Part shown: positions 55,034-64,000 of the stretch, one piece after another
Position numbering within the stretch: the stretch's first letter is position 1
Layout of the letters: each line of letters begins with the position of its first letter
NCBI GenBank assembly: GCA_963665845.2
Contig: OY762492.1
Coordinates: 2,272,001-2,336,000, forward strand
Source of the DNA: Candidatus Poribacteria bacterium
GTDB lineage: Bacteria; Poribacteria; WGA-4E; GCA-2687025
Direction of reading: 5' to 3'
Length of the DNA: 64,000 bases
Notes under the pieces: model-generated
The model's database searches: none
Told to the model about the DNA's origin: nothing
Seen by the model: the letters and a program-made list of their open reading frames with translations, nothing else
Position numbers and translations under genes: made by a program

Positions 55034-56572
55034 ATGAGCCGCCGACCGCCCAACATCCTTTTCGCCTTCGCCGACGACTGGGGGCGTTACGCGAGCGCTT
55101 ACCGCGGCATCGAAGGCGACAACACGCCCAACGCGCTCATCGACACGCCCAACTTTGACCGCGTCGCCAACGAAGGCGCGCTCTTCACGAACGCCTTCGT
55201 CCCCGCCCCGTCCTGCACCCCATGCCGCAGCTCCATTTTGACAGGGCGGTATTTCTGGCAAACGGGGCGCGGAGCCATCCTGCAGGGCGCGCATTGGGAC
55301 GAGTCGATCCCGTCTTATCCGCTCGCGCTGGAAGAATCGGGATACCACATCGGATACACCTACAAGGTATGGTCGCCGGGGACGCCGCGCGACGCCCCCT
55401 ACGGCGGCGACCGAACGCGCTACGCTCCCGCAGGAACGCAGTTTGGCCAGTTCTCCTTCGCCGCGACCCGAAACGCCCCCGAACATGGCGTCGAAGGCGC
55501 GAAGCGGCTTTTATACAACGAAACGCGCGACAATTTCCAAGCGTTCCTAGACGCGCGGACCGGCGACCGTCCCTTCTGCTACTGGTGGGGTCCCACCAAC
55601 ACGCACCGAAAATGGCAGCGAGGCTCCGGCAAACAGCTCTGGGGATTGGAACCGGACGACCTGAAAGGCAAACTGCCCGCCTTCCTGCCGGACGTCCACG
55701 ACATACGCGAAGATGTGTGCGACTATCTCGGCGAATGCCTCGCGTTTGACAGCGGACTCGGCGTTCTGTTGAACATGCTGGAGGAGATCGGGGAGATCGA
55801 CAACACGCTCATCGTCGTCAGCGGAGACCATGGCATACCGGGCTTCCCAAGAGGCAAATGCAATCTTTACAACCTCGGATGCGAAGTGGCGCTCGCCGTT
55901 CGGTGGCCGGAAAGATGCCCAGAAGGGCGCGTCGTGGACGACTTCGTCAACCTGATGGACTTGGCGCCAACCTTCCTAGAAGCAGGCGGGCTGGAACCGC
56001 TTCAAGGCATGTCCGCCAAAAGCCTCCTGCCCGTTATCGAATCGGAGAAGCAGGGGCTGGTGGACGCGGCGCGCGATCATGTCGTCCTCGGACGCGAACG
56101 GCATGTCGCCAAAGCGAGACCTGGCAGCCTGCCTTATCCGCAGCGCGCCCTGCGCACCGACCGCTACCTTTATATACGCAACTTTGAGCCGGACCGATGG
56201 CCGATGGGCGACCCAAGAGGGCTGGACGACCCGACCGCTGAACCGCCCTCATACGACAAGCTCTGCAACGACACCTTCATCGCGTATCCCGACATGGACG
56301 CCTCGCCGACGAAAGCGTGGATGATACACAACCGCGCGGCGCCTGAAACGCAGCGGCTTTTTCAGATGGGGTTCGGCAAATTTCCCGCCGAAGAGCTGTA
56401 CGATCTCCAGAGCGACCCGCACTACATGAACAACCTTGCGGGCGATCCGTCCGCCGCGGATGTTCAGCGGCAGTTGTCCGCGCGGCTGACGGAGATACTG
56501 CGGGAGCAGGCGGATCCGCGCGTCGTTGAAACGGAATGCCGATTTGAAAATCCGCCCTACGCCGGCGGATAG
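55034..56572 (+). CDS. Formylglycine-dependent sulfatase (sulfamidase-like)
   Basis: [32 protein letters not shown]. Confidence 0.93.
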   Translation: MSRRPPNILFAFADDWGRYASAYRGIEGDNTPNALIDTPNFDRVANEGALFTNAFVPAPSCTPCRSSILTGRYFWQTGRGAILQGAHWDESIPSYPLALEESGYHIGYTYKVWSPGTPRDAPYGGDRTRYAPAGTQFGQFSFAATRNAPEHGVEGAKRLLYNETRDNFQAFLDARTGDRPFCYWWGPTNTHRKWQRGSGKQLWGLEPDDLKGKLPAFLPDVHDIREDVCDYLGECLAFDSGLGVLLNMLEEIGEIDNTLIVVSGDHGIPGFPRGKCNLYNLGCEVALAVRWPERCPEGRVVDDFVNLMDLAPTFLEAGGLEPLQGMSAKSLLPVIESEKQGLVDAARDHVVLGRERHVAKARPGSLPYPQRALRTDRYLYIRNFEPDRWPMGDPRGLDDPTAEPPSYDKLCNDTFIAYPDMDASPTKAWMIHNRAAPETQRLFQMGFGKFPAEELYDLQSDPHYMNNLAGDPSAADVQRQLSARLTEILREQADPRVVETECRFENPPYAGG

Positions 56573-56575
56573 CCG

Positions 56576-58885
56576 CTACTCCACAATGCGAATGGAGAGG
56601 GACGCTTCCTGCGACATCGGCTCGCGGCATAGCTCATCGTTGCATGCCTGATAGCGCGCGCGGATCGTCAGCTGCATGCCGCCCGCCGCGTCCGACGGCG
56701 CCTGAACCGAAAGCCGAAACGAGGTTTCGCCGTCATACACCTGAAGCGGCGCGTCCGAAAACGCGAATGACTTCGCCTCGCCGGACGGGTACTCCACGCT
56801 CAACAGCGTGAAGCGGGCGTCCGCCGATTCTATCGTGGTCGGGATCAGATAACTCTCCGACGCAGGATTGGCGTTCACATGCCACCCGACCTCCACTTGC
56901 AGACGCGCCTCCACCTCAAAAACGGAGCCGGCGGACGCTTCAGTCGGCGCGGAGACGATCGTCAACAGCGCCAAAGCGTCCCCGTTGTTCAATAAGACCG
57001 CAAACGGTTCCGGCTCCGGCAACGGATCATCCAGATAACGCGCCGCCGCCGCCAGCATCCACACAAAAGCGCGCGGATAAAGGCGCATCGCTTCGGAACT
57101 GGAGCGCAGCGTCTCATACGCCAATTCCTTATAGGACGGATCGTCCAGAGCGGACGAGAGCGACAGCAGCGCATGCGCCGCCTCCGAATTGCCGGACGGA
57201 ATCGCCCCGTCGTACAGGTTCTTCACGCGCAGCGGCAGGTCGCCCTTCGACTCGGTGAAATAAAAAGCGCCTTTCTCCTCATCCCAAAACCGCCGCTTCA
57301 TCTCATCCGCCGTCTCTTGAGCGCGGCGCAGATACTCTTCGTTTTCCGTCGCCTCATGAAGTTTCAACAGCCCGCTCGCATAGAAAGCGTAATCGTCCAA
57401 AAAAGCGTTTTGCTTCGCCTGTCCCGCGCGGTAGGAACGAAGCAGGCTGCCGCGCTCATCCCGCAGCCGCTCCTCAATAAACGCCGCCGCTTTCTCGGCG
57501 CTGCGCAGATACTCTTTTTTGTTTAAAACCGCATACGCTTCGGCATACGCCCCGATCATCATGCCGTTCCAGCTGGTCAGCGCCTTCGTGTCAATGAGCG
57601 GCTGCAGGCGCCGGTCGCGCGTCTGCAGAAGTCGGCGGAGAAGGTCGTCCCGCTCCATCGGGCGCTTCACATACAGCGTTTTGCCCTTGCCGTCCGGCAT
57701 CGGCTCCAGTCCGTATGAGCGCAAAAAAGCGGCGGCGTCTTTTCCGAGCGTCTCGCGTATTTCGTCCTCCGTCCAGAGATACGACTTGCCCTCCTCCGCC
57801 TCCGTTTCCGAGTCAACCGCCGAATAAAACTCGCCGTTCGGTCCCGTCATCGTCTTTTCAACAAAAGCGAGGATGCCTTCCGCCGCCTTCAAAAACTCCT
57901 CCCGCTCCGTCAATCGATAGGCGCGCAGATAAACGGACGCCAACTGCGCTTGGTTGTAAAGCATCTTTTCAAAATGCGGCACGCGCCACTGCGCGTCGGT
58001 CGAATAGCGGTGAAAGCCGCCCGCCAGATGATCATGGATGCCGCCGCGCGCCATCTCGCTCAACGTCTTGACAACAATCTCCAGCGTTTCCTGATCGTCC
58101 GAACGCTCATATTCTGCCAGCAGCGTCGCCAGCTCAATCTCGTTTGGGAACTTCGGCGCGCCGCCAAATCCGCCGAAACGCTTGTCGAAATCGGCTTTCA
58201 AGAGACCCGTCAGTTGAGCCGTATGCTCCCTTGAAAACGGTCCTGGCGTCAACACATCGCCGCCCGCCTGTATTTTGGCGATCCCGTCGGCGACCCGTTC
58301 CGCGCGGGCTATGAGCTGCTCGCGGTTGCTTTTCCACGCCTTATTCACCGCCTCCATGACGCGCGGAAACGAGGGCGCCAGCCCCAGCCCGTCTGTCGGC
58401 GGAAAATAGGTTCCGGCGTATAACGGCTTCAAATCGGGCGACAAAAAAACCGAGTTCGGCCATCCGCCCCGCCCGCTCAACAGCTGCGTCGCCGTCATAT
58501 AGTAATTGTCGATGTCGGGGCGCTCCTCGCGGTCCACCTTGATATTCACAAACGACGCATTCATCGCCTCCGCAATTTCAACATTAGAGAACACAAGCCG
58601 CTCCATCACATGGCACCAGTAGCAGGTCGAATAACCGACCGACAAAAAAATCGGGCGGTCCAGCTGGCGCGCCAGCTCAATCGCCTCAGGTCCCCAAGGA
58701 TGCCAATCGACAGGGTTATGCGCATGGGACAGCAGATAAGGGCTGGTTTCATTGATCAGCGCGTTCGTGTATTTCCAAGTTCCGTCCGCGTTTTTCAACT
58801 CCGCCGCGCCGTTCTCCGAAGCGACACTCGACCAGCAGAGCGCCCAGCAGACAATCGCCCCATACAGCAAACGACCGAATTTCAT
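56576..58885 (-). CDS. YyaL/SSP411 (DUF255) thioredoxin-domain protein with C-terminal DsbD-N-like domain
   Basis: [51 protein letters not shown]; signal peptide. Confidence 0.9.
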   Translation of the reverse strand: MKFGRLLYGAIVCWALCWSSVASENGAAELKNADGTWKYTNALINETSPYLLSHAHNPVDWHPWGPEAIELARQLDRPIFLSVGYSTCYWCHVMERLVFSNVEIAEAMNASFVNIKVDREERPDIDNYYMTATQLLSGRGGWPNSVFLSPDLKPLYAGTYFPPTDGLGLAPSFPRVMEAVNKAWKSNREQLIARAERVADGIAKIQAGGDVLTPGPFSREHTAQLTGLLKADFDKRFGGFGGAPKFPNEIELATLLAEYERSDDQETLEIVVKTLSEMARGGIHDHLAGGFHRYSTDAQWRVPHFEKMLYNQAQLASVYLRAYRLTEREEFLKAAEGILAFVEKTMTGPNGEFYSAVDSETEAEEGKSYLWTEDEIRETLGKDAAAFLRSYGLEPMPDGKGKTLYVKRPMERDDLLRRLLQTRDRRLQPLIDTKALTSWNGMMIGAYAEAYAVLNKKEYLRSAEKAAAFIEERLRDERGSLLRSYRAGQAKQNAFLDDYAFYASGLLKLHEATENEEYLRRAQETADEMKRRFWDEEKGAFYFTESKGDLPLRVKNLYDGAIPSGNSEAAHALLSLSSALDDPSYKELAYETLRSSSEAMRLYPRAFVWMLAAAARYLDDPLPEPEPFAVLLNNGDALALLTIVSAPTEASAGSVFEVEARLQVEVGWHVNANPASESYLIPTTIESADARFTLLSVEYPSGEAKSFAFSDAPLQVYDGETSFRLSVQAPSDAAGGMQLTIRARYQACNDELCREPMSQEASLSIRIVE

Positions 58886-60198
58886 GGATTCCCCCCTTGA
58901 TCCGACCCCTCTGACTCCATCGCCTCAACCGCCGAAATGAGCAGATCGATCGCCTCTTCCGTAAACTGAACATCGTTCTCCGACGCGGCAGACCCGTCCT
59001 TCAATCGAACCGCCAATTCGGTCAGCAGATCAGCCGACTCGGCATACTCGCCGCTCTCACTGACAAGGTCATGCAGCGCCTGCCGCTCAATCTCATCCCG
59101 TTTATGCAACTGAAGCGATTCCATTGACGAGGCGGAAACGGGCAAATTTGCGCGGTTCACGACCTCCACATGCAAGGCTCCGCTCGCTTCCTGCGCCGCT
59201 TCCCGAACCTGGTCTATCGGAATGTCTTTCGCGTCAAACTCTATATCCCCCTCCAGCGTCAATACAACCACCGGCGCCTTCCCCTCGGACGACAACTTCG
59301 CCGCCTCCTCTGACGCCTTTTTAGACGCGCGGGAGACAACGTCGGACTGGGACGGGGAGCCGTCCAAATCAACAGGAATGAGCAGATGCGGACGGCAAGG
59401 CGTTTCCTCAAACGTTATGAGCGGCTCGCCCTTCGGGTCGTCAGGCGTCTCGATCAGGAAAAAGCCGCGGTCATATTCCGCCTCGCGGATGTCGCACACC
59501 TCCGGCGACCCCGGCATCAGCGCCTTAAAGCTTTCAATCTGCCACTCGCGCTTGCGGTGCCAGTGTCCCAGCGCGGCGAGCTGCGCGCGCCCGTCCAGCC
59601 GCGCCAGCGCCTCCTTTGAAACGGAACCCATGATGAACCCGTCCGGCTGCCCGACGCCCGAATGAAACATGAGTATCGTGAAAAGATCGTCCGCGGACGG
59701 CAAAGCCGTGTCTACCTGCTCTAAAAAATCGTCACCCTGCGCGCCGCGGTAACCCAGCCCGACCAGCCGAACGCCCTCGATTTCTAGTATCGCGCCGCTT
59801 CGGGTCGCTTCATCCCACGGCGGCAGCTGAACTTCGCCTGAAGAGACGGACGGATGCAGTAGGTGAAGGTATCGCTCCTCTGAAAGATAGCGGAGCCATT
59901 CCAGCCGCGTGGAGAGGGTTCGGCGAAACGCCTTGTCGTGGTTGCCCTCTATCGCTACGACCTGAACGCCCGCCTCCTTTAACAACCGAAGCCCTGTCAG
60001 CGCCTGCGACAAGATCGCCGCGTCAATGTCCCGCTTGTCAAAAAAATCGCCTGATATGAGTAGAATGTCCGCGTTCAGTTCTACCGCCCGCTCCGCGATA
60101 CGACGAAATATAAGCCCAAAATCGTCAAACCGCTCCTTCAAGTTGAACGGACGCCGCCCAAGATGTACATCGGCGCAGTGCAGTATGCGCATCGTCAA
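58882..60198 (-). CDS. sbcD: SbcD/Mre11 family DNA repair nuclease
   Basis: ADVHLG, GDFFD, GNHD, LGHWH, PGSPE. Confidence 0.85.
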   Translation of the reverse strand: MTMRILHCADVHLGRRPFNLKERFDDFGLIFRRIAERAVELNADILLISGDFFDKRDIDAAILSQALTGLRLLKEAGVQVVAIEGNHDKAFRRTLSTRLEWLRYLSEERYLHLLHPSVSSGEVQLPPWDEATRSGAILEIEGVRLVGLGYRGAQGDDFLEQVDTALPSADDLFTILMFHSGVGQPDGFIMGSVSKEALARLDGRAQLAALGHWHRKREWQIESFKALMPGSPEVCDIREAEYDRGFFLIETPDDPKGEPLITFEETPCRPHLLIPVDLDGSPSQSDVVSRASKKASEEAAKLSSEGKAPVVVLTLEGDIEFDAKDIPIDQVREAAQEASGALHVEVVNRANLPVSASSMESLQLHKRDEIERQALHDLVSESGEYAESADLLTELAVRLKDGSAASENDVQFTEEAIDLLISAVEAMESEGSDQGGNP

Positions 60199-60677
60199 CC
60201 TCCCCGCCGTTCATATGCGTCGCCGCGCCCGCCAGTTTTGCGAACCAAGCGTATCTCGCCGATCGTCATCTCTTTGTCGACCGACTTGCACATATCATAC
60301 ACGGTCAACGCCGCGACCGAGACCGCCGTCAACGCCTCCATTTCGACGCCTGTCTGTCCGCGAACCTTGACCGTCGCTTCGATGTCAACGCAGCCTTGAG
60401 GCGCGTTCAGCTCTAAGCGCACCGAAACGGCGGTTAAAAAAAGCGGATGGCAGAGCGGTATCAGTTCGCTTGTCCGCTTCGCCGCCATCATGCCAGCCAG
60501 ACGCGCCGCGGCAAGCGGATCGCCTTTGGCAAGGGTTTGGGACGCGATGCGCTCCAGCGTTTGCGCGGACGCATAGACGCAGCCGCGCGCGGTCGCCTCG
60601 CGCGCGGTCGCCTCTTTTGAGGATACATCAACGATGCGCTCCTCGCCGCGCTCATTGAAATGCGTCAAGTCGGACAA
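60195..60677 (-). CDS. moaC: Cyclic pyranopterin monophosphate synthase
   Basis: [33 protein letters not shown]. Confidence 0.96.
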   Translation of the reverse strand: MSDLTHFNERGEERIVDVSSKEATAREATARGCVYASAQTLERIASQTLAKGDPLAAARLAGMMAAKRTSELIPLCHPLFLTAVSVRLELNAPQGCVDIEATVKVRGQTGVEMEALTAVSVAALTVYDMCKSVDKEMTIGEIRLVRKTGGRGDAYERRGG

Positions 60678-60684
60678 TTTCAGC

Positions 60685-62202
60685 CTAACTCACAAAAATT
60701 TCGCGGTTGTGCGGCATTTCAAAGACTCGAAAATCCTCCATATGGATGTCAGGGTTCGCGTCCACCTTGACGCGGATGTTCATGCTTTTCGTCAAATCGC
60801 GCAGCTTCTGCCGATCCTCCTTGCGAAGACGCGCGGCGATCATGTCGCTCACAACAAGGCGGTAGGAGCCTTTAGAGGCGCGCGCCGCCGCCCGCTTCAA
60901 ACTGCGCAGCGTCCGAATCACAACTGTTTCTTCAGACAGCACATAGCCCGACCCGCCGCAATACGGGCATCCCGAGCAGTACATCGCGCTCAAGCTTTCC
61001 TTCTGGCGCTGGCGCGTCATCTCAATGATCCCAAGCTCCGTGAACTGCAGAATGTTGGTGCGGGCGCGGTCTTTCCGTATCTCCTTCTCCAGCGTCTGTA
61101 ACACACGCTTTCGGTTGCTCGGATTTTCCATGTCGATGAAGTCAAGAACGATGATGCCGCCCAGATCGCGCAGGCGGATTTGACGGGCGATCTCCACCGC
61201 CGCTTCGAGATTGTTCTGGTAGATCGTCTCCTCATGGCTCTCGCTGCCGACGAACTTGCCGGTGTTGACATCGATGGCGACCAGCGCTTCCGTTTCGTCG
61301 ATGACAAGGTATCCGCCCGATTTGAGCCAGATGCGTCGGCTCGTCGCTTTTTTCACCTCCTGCTCAATTCCGAACTTTTCAAACGCCGGAATCTCATCCT
61401 CGTAGAAGACGATCTTTTCTTGGAGGGACGGCAGCGACTCTTCAACATATTTCAGGATGTTCTCATGAAGCGCGGCGCCCTCGACGATGAAGCGGTTGAT
61501 GTCGTCTGTGAAAATGTCGCGGATGACGCGGTAGACGAGACCGAGGTCCTCATAGACAAGCGCGGGGGCTTTTTTCCGCTCGCTCTTGGAGACGACCGCT
61601 TCCCATGTTTTGATGAGAAACTTGATTTCTGGAACGAACTGGCTGTCCTCGCTTCCAGCGCATGCGGTGCGGACGATGATGCCGCCCGTTTTCGGCATGT
61701 GCTTGGAGACCGCTTTTTGAAGCCGGCTGCGCTCCTTTTGACTGTCAATGCGCCGCGAGATGCCCAGCGTGGACGATGTCGGCGCAAACACCAGATGACG
61801 CCCCGGTATGGTGATGTAACCCGTGACGCGCGGTCCCTTCGTTCCGATCGGCTCCTTGTCGATCTGAACAAGGATCTCCTGCCCCTTTTTCAGGATCGAC
61901 TCGATGGGGGTGCGGTTTCGGGCGGCTCTTCCGTTTCCGTCGATGTTCCGCTCAATCTCGCCGTATTCGTTCACATGCGCCTGCAGATCGGACACATGCA
62001 AGAACCCGTTTTTGCTGGAGCCGATGTCGATGAACGCCGCCTGCATTCCTGGCAGGACGCTTCCGACTCGGCCTTTGTAGATGTTTCCTAACGAACGCTC
62101 CTCGGACTTCCTCTCGTTGAAAATTTCGACGCAACTCCCGTTCTCCAGAATTGCGGCTCGGACTTCGTACTCATCCTCCGAAACAATAATATCGGTAGCC
62201 AT
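60685..62202 (-). CDS. rng: Ribonuclease E/G family (RNase G length)
   Basis: GNIYKGRV, AAFIDIG, KGPRVT, IDVNTG, RLRDLGGIIVLDFIDM, CPYC. Confidence 0.93.
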   Translation of the reverse strand: MATDIIVSEDEYEVRAAILENGSCVEIFNERKSEERSLGNIYKGRVGSVLPGMQAAFIDIGSSKNGFLHVSDLQAHVNEYGEIERNIDGNGRAARNRTPIESILKKGQEILVQIDKEPIGTKGPRVTGYITIPGRHLVFAPTSSTLGISRRIDSQKERSRLQKAVSKHMPKTGGIIVRTACAGSEDSQFVPEIKFLIKTWEAVVSKSERKKAPALVYEDLGLVYRVIRDIFTDDINRFIVEGAALHENILKYVEESLPSLQEKIVFYEDEIPAFEKFGIEQEVKKATSRRIWLKSGGYLVIDETEALVAIDVNTGKFVGSESHEETIYQNNLEAAVEIARQIRLRDLGGIIVLDFIDMENPSNRKRVLQTLEKEIRKDRARTNILQFTELGIIEMTRQRQKESLSAMYCSGCPYCGGSGYVLSEETVVIRTLRSLKRAAARASKGSYRLVVSDMIAARLRKEDRQKLRDLTKSMNIRVKVDANPDIHMEDFRVFEMPHNREIFVS

Positions 62203-62492
62203 CTGACGCCTCCCTGCGACCTAACGGCCGAAACTGAAGCGCCGACCTCCTCTTGGCATGAAGATACCCGCGCGGCGCGCGGCGAACGCGATCAAGACCC
62301 GCCCCTTTCAAACAAGCGGTCAAAAGAATGCGCGCATCAATAGCGCCGCATGGACGATCTCACCTGATGAACGCTGCGTTGGGCGTTGCAGCGAACGTTT
62401 CCGCTCCCGACTGCCTAGATTCTGACCGGCGCCGCAGCGTCGGCCACCTTCAAAACATTCTCTCCGAGAGCGCCCGTCACGCTCCCCTAAAC

Positions 62493-64000
62493 TCATCGAC
62501 GGCGCATCAACGCGCATGGGATCAGCATCTCCTCCATCGAAATTCCCCCATGCTGAAAGCCGCCCTTCAATTTTTCGCGATATATCTGGTAATCGCTTGG
62601 GTACACAAAGTAGTAATCTTCTTTTGCAAACACGTAGTTTTTGCCCGGAAAATCGGACGGCAGGCGGTATTCCGACGGGCTGACTGACGCCGCCGCCGAC
62701 TCCTCCGCGCATTGAACGCGCTTGCCAAACTTGAAGCGCAAGCCGGACGCCGTGTCCCTGTCGCCGAACACCTTCGACGCCCGATTGCACAAGACAGACC
62801 CATGATCCGTTGTGACGACCACGGCTGCGCCCTTGTCGCCCATCAAACGAAAGATCTCATACAGGTCCGAATTTTGAAACCATGAACGAAATAGCGAGCA
62901 GAAGGACGCCTCATCCGGCGCAATCTGACGCAGAAGCTCCGAATGGGAACGCTCATGCGTCAAGGCGTCCACAAAATTCACCACCAAACAAGCCAAACTG
63001 AATCGGTCATAGGACGCGACGCGCTTGCGGTACAGCCGCCCGCCCTCTGGATCAAAGATTTTGAAGTAACGCGGCGCCGGCCACAGCTCCAAACCGCTCC
63101 GCTCCAACTTCAGCTCCAAAAGGCGTTTCTCATGCCGATTCAAACTCTCCGCCGAACGTACATCCTCCGACCAGCAATCTGGGTGCCGTTCGGCAATCTC
63201 CGACGGAAACAGTCCGCTAAACAGCGCGTTGCGGGCGTACGCGGTCGCCGTCGGCAAGACGCCGTAATACAGCTCCGTTTCAATATGAAAGATCTCCGCC
63301 AGCAGCGGCTGTATCGTCAGCCACAGGTCGTAGCGCATGCAATCGATAACGACGAAAAAGACAGGCGTCCCCTCCCGCAGATGCGGCAGAACATGCCTGT
63401 CCAGAACATCAACCGAGAGCGGCGGAGAATCGCTGTCGCCCCGCGCCCAGGAGCCGTAATGATCCGCGGCGTAGTTGGAAAAACGGCGGTTCAGGTCGGC
63501 GCGCAGCTCCGCATGGTTGGCGTCCAGCCCAACCGCTTTCAGCTCCTCGATGCGCATGTCCCAGGCGCACAGCTGCCGATACGCCTCGATCCACCCGCGC
63601 CAGTCCAGCTCGGCGTCGGTCAACGCGGACAGCTCCCTGTATGCGTTCAGATACTGCGCGGCGGCTCCTTCCGCCTCGACGCGCTTTCGGTCTAAGAGGC
63701 GGCGCAGCGTCCGCGCCACCTGCACCGCCTGCGTCGGCTTCACCAGGAAATCGTCCACCCGCCCGCGCAGCGCCTCGTCCATGAGCGCATCCTCATGGCT
63801 TTGAGTGATCATGACGACCGGCAGAAGCGGGTAGCTTGCCTTGATGGCGTCCAGCGCCTCCAGCCCGCTCATGCCGACCATGTGATGATCCAGCAGCGCG
63901 GCGTCGAACCTTTTTTCTGCAAGAAGGGCGAGTCCGTCGCGCGCGTTGGAAGCGGGCGTCACGCGGTAGCCGCGGCTTTGCAGGAAAAGCGTATGCGACC
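62493..64000 (-). CDS. PorX-like response regulator with PglZ (alkaline phosphatase superfamily) domain; start lies outside the window
   Basis: Receiver (LLD, MSGL, KP); IDCMRYD, LPTATAYARNALFSG, TDHG, FQHGGISMEEM; frame is open to the window edge. Confidence 0.88.
   Translation of the reverse strand, partial: SHTLFLQSRGYRVTPASNARDGLALLAEKRFDAALLDHHMVGMSGLEALDAIKASYPLLPVVMITQSHEDALMDEALRGRVDDFLVKPTQAVQVARTLRRLLDRKRVEAEGAAAQYLNAYRELSALTDAELDWRGWIEAYRQLCAWDMRIEELKAVGLDANHAELRADLNRRFSNYAADHYGSWARGDSDSPPLSVDVLDRHVLPHLREGTPVFFVVIDCMRYDLWLTIQPLLAEIFHIETELYYGVLPTATAYARNALFSGLFPSEIAERHPDCWSEDVRSAESLNRHEKRLLELKLERSGLELWPAPRYFKIFDPEGGRLYRKRVASYDRFSLACLVVNFVDALTHERSHSELLRQIAPDEASFCSLFRSWFQNSDLYEIFRLMGDKGAAVVVTTDHGSVLCNRASKVFGDRDTASGLRFKFGKRVQCAEESAAASVSPSEYRLPSDFPGKNYVFAKEDYYFVYPSDYQIYREKLKGGFQHGGISMEEMLIPCALMRRR

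Noticed and set aside
62493-64000. PglZ domain as evidence of a BREX defence system
   Set aside because: It is fused to a receiver domain (PorX type) and no brx/pgl genes are nearby.
1-64000. tRNA, rRNA, transposase or integrase genes
   Set aside because: None was recognised by eye; a tRNAscan or Infernal run would be needed to exclude small RNAs.

Overview
High-GC bacterial chromosomal window. The C-terminal signature of the first giant protein (LLPNYPNPFNPETWIPFQLA...AAYWDGRN..GERVASG.YFY) suggests Candidatus Poribacteria or a relative; this is inference. Left part: end of a phage tail-like gene pair, serA, a Fic protein, a serine hydrolase, an oxidoreductase, a sulfatase, a DNA methyltransferase-HNH fusion, modABC-moaD-moeB and envelope genes. 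Middle: a yggS-proC-divIVA-'ileS'-lspA operon, then two tandem secreted Ig-repeat proteins of about 4000 aa with T9SS-type C-terminal domains, a PorV-like barrel and a LysM protein. Right part: sulfatase, YyaL-like, sbcD, moaC, RNase E/G and a PorX/PglZ-like regulator. Most notable: (1) a small GIY-YIG nuclease sits between inverted arrays of a CGTC-tagged ATTCCC-N8-GGGAAT palindrome. About 18 copies of that palindrome occur in the window, some inside MITE-like units that share an end sequence with the nuclease locus, giving a REPtron-like layout with no HUH transposase. (2) An intact 887-aa IleRS homologue at the canonical ileS position lacks HIGH, KMSKS and editing motifs. (3) yggS and proC appear to start at ATC and ATA. 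(4) There is a miniaturised AccA-like ORF. No rRNA, tRNA or CRISPR array was seen.
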